From positions 12,028,001 to 12,092,000 of the forward strand of contig CM106585.1 in the NCBI GenBank assembly GCA_048013815.1: a DNA stretch of 64,000 nucleotides, given 5' to 3'. Made by a program: the position numbers and the translations under genes. Positions 49,885 to 59,746 of the stretch are shown here, piece by piece (within the stretch, counting starts at the first letter, position 1; the number at the start of each line of letters is the position of its first letter). The notes beneath the pieces were generated by a model. The model was not told where the DNA came from, did not search any database, and was given only the letters and a program-made list of their open reading frames with translations. The stretch is from Setoptus koraiensis (Eukaryota > Animalia > Arthropoda).

Positions 49885-52800
49885 ATGCAAATGACCCTCG
49901 AAGTGGAGGACCTGTCCGTGCGGCTGCTCGAGCCGCCCAAGCAAATACTCAGCTCGATATGCGCCAACGTGGGACCCGGACAAATACTGGGTGAGTCACA
50001 TGTTACATAATCGAGCTCAATAATATAATAATCGCCACCGCCACTGCCGTCAACTGTCGCGCACCATATAGCACCGTGCAGCATCGCGAGGCACCGCGCA
50101 GCATCATGAGGCACCGTGCAGCATCGTGAGGCACCGTGCAGCAGCATCAAGCACCGCGCAGCACCGTATGGTCTATGTGATATAGACTTGCGTCGGGCGC
50201 CGGCAACGGGGCCGCCGGCCGGGGGCGGCAGCGGGCCGACCGAGCGACATATGCCACCGATTGCGCCGACGATGCGCGCCAATGGCGCAATTCAATGCAA
50301 CCCAATGTAACAGTCGCCTCAATGTGACTCGCATTATGTGAGCATCAGTCGGTTCGGTGCATCGGTCGGTTCGGTGCATCGGTCGGTTGCGCCACTCACC
50401 AGCCTGGTCGATGACCTCTAAGTGGGTGAACCGACTGACCATTGACAACCGACGCTCGTGACGCTTTGCGAGTCGCAAATTGCGACTGTGAGACGCGCAT
50501 TGTGTCACTGCGACAGACGCCGCCGGTGATGCCGCAATTGTCGATGTTTCGATTGTCAATTTTCAATTTTCGATTGTCAATTGCGTTGGCGTTTGCGTCG
50601 GCGTTTGCGTCGGCGTTTGCTTGCCCGCCGCCGCTAATCGACCCAAGCAGCAGCAACAACAACGACAGCGGCAACAACAACAACAGCGACGGCAGCAACA
50701 GCAACAACAGCTGTCAAATTGCTGGACGCGGTGGTTGTTTGCATTGTGTCATTTGTTGTCCTTACGTGTGCGCCTCGTGTTGCATCGCGTCAATCGTTTG
50801 GCCCGATTCGCGGCCCCGCGTCGGCGTTATGTCGCCCCGTATCACGTTATGTCGCGCGTTATATCACCTCGCATCGCGTCATGTCGCGTTGTGCCGCGTG
50901 GTGCCGCGTGGTGCCGCGTTGTATCATCGCCGGCGCGGTGCAAAATTGTTGTGCGACCGGCGAACGCGGCCCCCGTTTGCACAACAAACCGCTGCCAGGG
51001 CATTATTTATCTGTCCAATATCCATTGTCTATTGTATAACTGACAGCGTCATCATTATTCAATCCGCAACGTGCGACCTGCTGTCCGTTCTGTGCGCCCG
51101 TTCGCGACAATCGAACCGATGCGGCCGCTCCGAATTTCCGACTTGGAACGCCGCCTCCAACTTTTGCGTTCGCCGCACGATATTCGGCCTTCGATATTCG
51201 GCGTTCGATATTCGCTGTTCGATATTCGCCGTTCGCCGTTCGATATTCGGCGTTCGATATTCGCTGTTCGATATTCGGCGTTCGATATTCGCTGTTCGAA
51301 GCGCCGCTTCGAGCAGCCAGCGACGCACCAGAACAAAACACCGGCCTAACCTAACGCGCCACCTCGCGCCGGGGGCGCAACAAGTGACCGCTCGCACCAC
51401 CCCAATGTGCGTGGGCGTTCGCTCGCAGCGCCCCCTGGCGCCCGGTGACCCGCAACTCGTACCTCGTAACCTGCAACACGCTACCGCTTCTATACTCACA
51501 CCTATGTATGTTTGTTTTTTGTGTTTATGTCATCCACAACCGCGACCATATGCCACCGATGCACCGAGCAGCCGTCATGGGACCATCAGGGTATGTATGC
51601 AGCCTCTTTTCGAAGCTTCTTTTCTAACGCAACTTTGTTACGATTACGTCGCACGTAATCGCGTCGTAGGTTCGCTCGGCCGACTGTCGCCGGAAGTGGC
51701 ACCACCGACGCTTCCGGCGACGATGCCAACGACGCACCGATGCTGACGACCAAATGATGAAGCGACGAAACGATGAAACGACGAAATGGTGAAACGATGA
51801 AACGACGAAACGATGATATAAAATGATACTAACTCCGATTCTCGAAACGATTTCTCTCTGTCGGATGTGTGTGTGGGCGCAGGAGCGGCAAGACGACCCT
51901 GCTGTCGGCCATGAGCGGGCGCATCAAATCCAAGGGGCGCATCCTGCTCAACGGCGAACAACTAAACAAGCGTCTGAGGCGCAACATTTGCTACGTGCTA
52001 CAAAACGACGTATTCTTTCCTAATTTGACACTCAAGCAAACACTCACCTATTCGGCCCAATTGCGCCTGCCAGAATCCATGAGCTACAAGGACAAAATGC
52101 GCCAGGTGAATCACGTAATAGACTTGCTGGACTTGAATCAATGCCAGAACACTATCATAGGCGATTACATGCGCAGGGGCCTGTCTGGGGGCGAAAAGAA
52201 GCGCGCCTCAATAGCGAGCGAGCTGTTGTCTAATCCGTCTGTTATGTTCCTAGATGAGCCAACGTCGTCGCTGGACAGTTGCTCGGCGCTTAGTTTGATG
52301 CATCTGTTGAAGAATTATGCCCAAAAGGAGCGCAAAACCATCATAGTGACCATACATCAGCCATCGTCGCAAATATTTCATCTGTTTGACAAGCTGTTGT
52401 TGTTAAGTCAGGGCAAAATGACATTCTTTGGGCCCATTCAACAGGTCATACCGTATTTCGCTCAGCTGGGCTGGCAGATGCAGCCCTCGTTTAATCCGGC
52501 CGACTTTTTAATTGAGGTCATCAAGCTGATGGGCGACGACGAGCTGAACAAGTTTGCGCAAGAGGCCCGCGAATACTATTATGCAAACAAGTGCAACTTT
52601 TTGCATTCGGTGGCCGCCTTGCACCGTCACAGGCAGTCGCTGTTGCGCAACGGCGCCGCCGCCGACAAACACCAACAGCAGCATCAGCAGCAACAACAAC
52701 AACAACAACCGCACCAACTGTCTGGCCACAAACAACAGAGGAGCTCGCACGACTGGTCGTCTTACTGCAACGGCAATCTCATGCTAATGAGGGGCCAGCA

Positions 52801-55228
52801 GCACAAACAGCAGCAACAACAACAGCAACAACAACATCAACAACAACAGCAGCAGTCCAAGTCAATTGTGCTCAAATTGGCCAACAACAGCAACAACCGA
52901 TCACAGCAGCAGCAGCAGATCACGCGCAACAACAGCAACAGCAAACTGGAGCAAGAGCCGCTGCTCGAGTCGAGCGAGCCGCCCTCTTCCGTGGTTGTGG
53001 TCAACGACCATCACCACCACCACCACCACCATCATCATCACAACAACAAGCACAACGGTCACTACTGTCAACCGAAGCAGCAGCCGGCCAGCCTGTTGCA
53101 ATTGTCGGACGGGCTCGAGACGTCGCTGTTGTTGTCGCATCACAAGTGCGCGCTCACCGATCCGCGTCACCTGTCGCCGACCGTCGGTGCGCCGGCGGCC
53201 GGCGCCATCGGCGGACCGGCGCTGCCCAAGGTGGCGCCCCCCGCGCCCGACAACAAGCTGCCGGTCAACTTTGACAGCTCGCGCCTAGACCACGCGCACC
53301 ACCGTGAGCTCCAGGTGAGCTTAGACGAGCAACACCAGCAACAGCCACTCACAGACAATTCAAATGGCGCCGCCGGCCCCGTACCGCCGACAGCCCAACA
53401 ACAGGTGCCACCGGAAACGAGCCACCACCAAGGGCAACAGCAACAACAACAACAGCGAAACAATGGTGTTGAGGTGATCGTCGACAAGGTTGCCATTGGT
53501 CAGCTGGACAGTGTCAACAGCCAAATGGCGCCAACAGCGCAACAAAATGCGCAACAACACCACCAACAACAACAAAACAAGCAACACAACAGCAACAACA
53601 ACAACAACAACAACAAAGCCCTAGCTGGCCACAACCACAACAACAACAACAGCAACAACAACAGCAACAACAACAACAACAACAATCAGCAAAAATTTTC
53701 ACCTCGCTCCAACGCTCATCATCACCATCATCATCATCATCACTCGCATCACAATCCACGTCACAGCCATCACAACCATCATCATCACCATCAGCTGAGG
53801 CCCACATCTAGCGGCACAAACAATGGCCACAACAACAGCGGAAGTGACATGCTAGTTCAGCATCACTACGACGACGACAGCGGTCAGTCGTCGTGGTCAG
53901 ATCCCGACAGGTGCTCGCTCATGTCCACTTATGAGCCTACCAGCAGCAGTGTGTCCAGCAACAACGACTACGACGACATCTACTCAAAGTGTTTGTATTC
54001 GTCCTCTGTGTCGTCGGCCAACTCAACCAATTGTTTGGTGGCCACTCCGTCAGGGGGCAGCGACTTCTGGCTCATATATCACCAGAACAACAACCAAAGT
54101 CCCAACAACAGCAGCAACACTTGCAACAAACAGCACCAATCGACCCCTGGCGGCCAGGCAACGCATCACGGGCCCACTAGCGGCAGCAACAACAACAACA
54201 ACCATAAAGGCCACGCTACCACCAGCAGTTCCAATAGTCAATTGACCGTTGCCGGCACCGGTCATCAGCAGCAGCAAAATTGTCACAGCGGCAGCGTAAG
54301 TGCAAATTCGCCCACTGGTGGCGCGTGCGGCGCAAGTGGCTGCTGCCACACAATGTTGCAGCACAAGCAGCACAGCAAGACAGCCACTCAGCAGCAGCAA
54401 CAGTTCAAGCACCACCAAGCGTCCGTTTGCGGAATGACAAATTGCACGCACACGAGCGCCAGCAGAACACAACCAACAACAGCGAGCCCAGGTAACAATT
54501 TGCACCGGTTTCGGAGGCACAGTCACGGTCACATGAGCTACCACAATCATCATTATCAGCGATCGTCGCACCACCAAACCAACAGCGGCGGCAACAACAA
54601 CAACAACAACAGCAACAACGGCCACAACGGCGCCCATCATGCGCATCATCGCGGGCCCCATCAGGGTGCGATGCGGTGCGCCAATTTGTCGCCGGCCAAC
54701 GGCGCGAGCGGCCACATGAGCTCGCCCGGCCGCTCGCAGTGTCGATCGAACCACCAGCTGAGCGGCGACGGCCAATTAATTAGCGGAGATCGACTAATTA
54801 GCGCGGATCGACTAATTAGCGCTGACCAATTGATCGGCGGCGCCGATCAGCTGGTAGGTGGCGAGCAGCAGTCGTTGCTGCAGTGCGGGGGCGGGGGCGC
54901 CGCCGACAACGACAACGACAAGCAGCAGCAGTTGCACGTGGCCGTGCACGACACCGACGCCGGCCAGCAGCACTCGTGCTCGACCCTGGCCACGGCCGAC
55001 AAACAGCCAACAGCGACAGGTAACAGTGCACAGGTGAAATCGATATTGAGCAATAGTTGTCGCGAGATAAGTCAGCAGCAGCAGCAGCAGCCGGCACAGG
55101 CCGTGGCGCTAATTGGCTCGTGCCACGACCACCGCCAGTCCGATGAGTACGATGAGCAGCCGCTGGCCAACGGCGACAGTGGCGCCGGCAAGGCCAGCAG
55201 CGGCGGCACGGGCATGTTGTTGTCGTCG

Positions 55229-55260
<32 letters not shown>

Positions 55261-57554
55261 CAATGACAACACCTCGCGACGACACCACAAGCACGAGCAG
55301 CGCCGGCACAGCTTGGCCCACTGCGCCAAGCCGGACGAGCACTGCGCCAACCGCGATGATCACGCCGACCACCACGAGGGCCACCTCGACAATGGCCAAA
55401 GTGGCCAAAATGGGGCACACGACCAACACGACCAGCATGACCACGAACATGAGGACGACCAGGACCATCATGACGAGCAAGATGACGAGCATCATGACGA
55501 ACATGACGACGACGACGACGATGACGACGACGAGGGGGGAAACAAAAAATGGCCAACAGGCTTTATTACGCAATTGTGCGTTTTGACATCGCGCAACTTC
55601 ATCGACGGCAAGGCGCGAATGCTGAGCAAGCTCAACTGGATTCAGTCCATCGGTTTGGCCATCATCGCGGGCGCCATCTGGTTCCAGGTGAAGCGCACCG
55701 AGGAGACCATGAACGACATCAAGGGCTGGATGTATTTCTCCACCATGTACTGGATGATGTTTGCCCTGTTCAACGCCATCACCTCGTTTCCCGCCGAGTA
55801 CCAGGTCGTCAACAAAGAGCGTAAGTATCGACAATGTTGCCCGGTGCAACGGTGCCGCAACGCGGTGCGCTGATGCTGCGATACGGTGCATTGTTTCCGC
55901 AATACGGTGATGCTACAATACGGTGCAAAGGTGCCATGGTGCCCCGGTGCTGTGATGCGGTGCGGCGATGCTGTAATACGGTGCAGAGGTGCCCCGGTGC
56001 TTTGATGCGGTGCAATGGTGCGATGGGACGATGGGACCGTCGTCATGATGATGCGTCGCACCGTTGCAGCGTATTGCGGTGCAGCATCGCGTTGCGTCAT
56101 CGCCGCCATTCGCTGGATGACGCCGGCATTCGCTGCATCAGCGAATGCCGGCGTCAGCCCGAACTGGCCTAAATTGGCAACCTACCGACACGAGCGCGTT
56201 AGTACTCGTTACGGTACGCTATGTTCGGGCCGGCCCGGGCTCATCTGGCCCGAACATAGCGTACCGTTGGTCGGGCGGGCGCTGTTGAGATGGCCAAACG
56301 TGCTTCACAGCGCGCGCGCGCAACTCTGCCACAACTGGACGAGCCTTGTTACATAACAGCCAACAGGTTGTTGCTAGGTTAGGTATGTTGTAGTGTGCGG
56401 GCTGTTATGTAACAAACGGTGCCGTTCCCACCGATCGTGCCGGCACCATGTGTTGCGCAACGCACGCTTCTCAGCGCCCCATCAGCGGCACTGACAATTG
56501 TGAGAAGCGTTGCTGTGTCGTCGCTGTTGTTGGCCGGTTGTTGGCCCGTTGTTGGCAACAACCACATGCTAGCGATACAACAAGCGGGCAACCAACAACG
56601 CGAGACGCAAACGTTGCGCAACACAGTCGTGCCGTGAGCCGTTGCATAATAGCCATCATTGCACAATGGCCATCAGTGTGCACGATAGGCGTCATTGCAT
56701 AATGGCCATTATTGCATAATAGCCATTGTCGACCTACAACGTCGATAGGCTTTGCGATGTGTACGGGCCGGGACGTGTGCAGAGAGATCCGCGTTTGCGG
56801 GCCCACATCTCACGGCGCACCCATCTGTGTACAGCGTAGCGTTGCATCAGATGCATCAGTAGCGTCAGTTGCACCAATTGCATCAGATGCATCAGTAGCG
56901 TCAGTTGCACCAATTGCATCAGTAGCGTCAGTTGCACCAATTGCGGCAGTTGCGTCAGTTGCGTCACACCGAACCGAAGTAGCAGCTGTTCGTTGGGCGC
57001 CATCATCATCTAATTAATCTATTGATCTTTTTCATCAAAACTTTTTCTTCTCACCATATCGCTTGTATCACATGCACCTTGCATCACTCATTTGCACGCT
57101 TTTATGCGCGCGTCACTGGCCTGTTATTATTACATAACGTTATCGTTTTATAATGTGTTGTTATTACATAATGTTACTATTATACAATGTTGGTGTTATA
57201 TAATGTTATTGTTATTATATAACATGCGCCCAATCCGGCTCACCTGGCCACGCCACAACAACAAACTGGTGCGCACATTTACTGTTATTCTGGGCTCATC
57301 GCTTACACCAACCGCATCACCAACTGTTACATCACCAACTGTTGCATCACCAACTGTTACATCACCAACTGTTACATCACACGCTCAGGCATGGCCGGCT
57401 CCTATCGACTGTCCGCCTATTACCTGGCCAAGATGATAGGCGAGCTGCCACTGGTTATAGCGCTGCCCTCGGCCTTTCACCTCATATCCTACCCAATGTT
57501 GGGCTACAACAACCTGGGCACCTTCCTAAGTCTGTGGGCATTCGCCATTCTCAA
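49885..57554 (+). CDS. ABCG-family half-transporter (NBD-TMD), 3'-partial; exons 49885-49990, 51572-51590, 51883-55820, 57389-57554
   Basis: Walker A AVMGPSG|SGKTT assembled across exons 1-3, signature LSGGEKKR, Walker B VMFLDEPTSSLD, H-loop TIHQP, NPADF; TMD KWPTGFITQ..FPAEYQVVNKER|MAGSYRLSAYYLAKMIGELP. The remaining TM helices were not found in the window. Confidence 0.88.
50071..50167 (+). repeat. 20-bp minisatellite GCACCG(T/C)GCAGCATCRYGAG in ABCG intron 1
   Basis: About 4.5 copies seen directly. Confidence 0.8.
51178..51299 (+). repeat. 14-bp minisatellite CGATATTCG(GC/CT)GTT with 28-bp higher-order alternation
   Basis: 8 full copies plus one half unit. Confidence 0.85.
56842..56966 (+). 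repeat. 9-bp-subunit array with an exact 36-bp duplication in ABCG intron 3
   Basis: TTGCATCAGATGCATCAGTAGCGTCAGTTGCACCAA at 56842 and 56878. Confidence 0.8.
57314..57380 (+). repeat. 15-bp minisatellite (G/A)CATCACCAACTGTT immediately before the exon 4 acceptor
   Basis: About 4.5 copies ending 8 nt before the AG at 57388. Confidence 0.85.
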
Positions 57555-59669
57555 GTAAGTACCCCTCACTTATGAATCGTTTGTTTGGTCTGTATGTGGC
57601 CCAAGTCGTCACCAGTCGCCCCAAGTTGCCGCGAGTCGCCATTGCGCGCTGGCCACAATGTATCACTGTGACAACGATCATTACGGGCATTAATTAGCGA
57701 GCTTCGGCATTGTGATTTTCATCTAATCAAACGTTCATTCAATGTGCCGAGAGCGGATCAATTGATTTGCGTCCCTTGTCATGAGTTACGTCATTATTGT
57801 TACGTCATGAGTGTCATGTCGTAGCCGTGTGCGCTGAGTCAGCCAGGCCCGAGTGGAGCGATAAATCAGTGCAGCGTATCATATGCATATCGTGGGTTTT
57901 GTTGACGTTGGCGTCGCACAAATATAATCACAAATATAACAACAAATATACACAAATGCAATAACGGGCCCGATACGAGCAACAGTTAGGCCTGTAAGCG
58001 GCAATTGTGGCTCGTATTAGGTTCACCTTGACCACTTGCAGTCTCGCCGATGTCAGCTGACTGGCGTTGAGCGTGTCAAATTTTAAATTGATTATTATTA
58101 ATTACTATTCACTGTTTATTGTTTGTTGTGTGTGTGTGTGTGTGTCGCTCTAAAATAGTTTGTTTGTGTGATTGCGCAATCTGTGTCGGTGTGTGTCGGT
58201 GTCGAAAAATACGTGCCAAAATGGATATAAAATAAACACATATAAATATAACGATATAACGAACACACACACACAGCCAAACAGACAGACAATACCCGAC
58301 GATAAGTACACAGTAGACGGCCTTGCCACACAGTCAGAGTTTATTGAACTCTGGTGTGTGTCGCTCGCATTAGCTCCCATTCAGCACAAACGCTCTGTCT
58401 GTCTGTCTGTCTGTCCGTCTGTCCGTCTGTCTCACCTGTCGCTAACTGGCCATGTGCTTTTGGCGTCAACTGGCCGTCAGCTGGTCAGCTGGTCAGCTGG
58501 TGGCTAGCTGACGGGGCACAGCTAGCCGCCAGCTGACCAGCAGACGGACAAGTCAATCAAGAGTGGCCAACAATAAATAGATTGTTGCGGCCAATTGGAA
58601 GGGTTGCGCGCGAACATGAACTCTTCCTCTGTCCGACAGAGTCTGTCTGTGTTCTATTACGTAATAGTAGTAGTACTATTACATAATGCTTGTGCGCATT
58701 AATGTGGCATCGTCGTCGGCATCTTGCGACCAGTTATTTATCAGCTGTATATCAGCTGTAAGTTGGCTTGACAAATAAACGCCAGCACCGCCGCACCGAC
58801 AGCGACAGCGGCGGCGGCGCCGCCAGTGATAGTAGTAGACCAATGGACAGGTATAGTTCACGGTCTAGAATTAGAGCAGCAGCGGCTCACCTGTGCGACT
58901 GTGTTTCCAACAGTGTGTTTCCAAGAGTGTGTGTGTGTGATGTAATCTCTCTAGTTAGTGTGTCAAGGTTAACTACAATCTCGGCTGCTGTTGTTGTTGT
59001 TTCTTTTTCTCTTTGTAACTCTGTAACAGAGACTCTGTTTAAACTATAAAGAATCTTCTCCTCCGCCAGCTGATCAGGCCTGTCATGCTGGCGGTTACGT
59101 AATGCTGCCGTTGCTCAGTGCGGCAGCATTACGTATTGCGAGCAACGGCGCCCTCCGGCGGCATTACGTAACTGGTCATAGCAAAAACTCACTCACGGCT
59201 CACTGACAGCTTGTGAGCGAGTCATTGACAATATTGTGAGTCAGTCATTGGGACGGCACTCGCTACCGTATTTGTTTGTGTTGGATAGAGTTTGTTTTGT
59301 CACAAACAATGCCCCAAATGCTACCCATTTTATATATATTGCACACAACTGATGATGCCCGCATAATTGTTATGTAACATCCGTTGTGAAACGCAGCCAC
59401 AACAATCGACCGTTCGTTTGTTTGCGGCCACAATCCAGGCTCAAGTTCGATGACCCGACGGCGGGACACCCCAAGACGCGCGCACTGGGCCACGCACACC
59501 AATTTCACCGATTTTTTTTTTATTTTTTCATCTTATTTATTTCACATTTATTCGTTGCTACCCGTGCGCGCCCATCCCATCGTGATAGCAACCCGTGCGC
59601 GCAGCGCCACTGGCGGCCAGGTGCTGCGGTCGACATCGTGTCACTTCCGCCCGACAATGCGCACAAGCA

Positions 59670-59746
59670 TTTATGCGCGAACGTCGTTTATGCGCGAACG
59701 TCGTTTATGCGCGAACGTCGTTTATCCGCGAACGTCGTTTATCCGC
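59670..59746 (+). repeat. 17-bp minisatellite TTTAT(G/C)CGCGAACGTCG
   Basis: 4.5 near-identical copies. Confidence 0.85.

Noticed and set aside
47855-51746. Long ORFs 47855-48742 (-) and 50442-51746 (+)
   Set aside because: Stop-poor GC-rich repeat translations lying in ABCG upstream or intron 1 sequence; the peptides mirror the minisatellite units.
52508-55891. Many overlapping ORFs in other frames or the opposite strand of the giant exon
   Set aside because: Shadow ORFs of trinucleotide-rich coding sequence.
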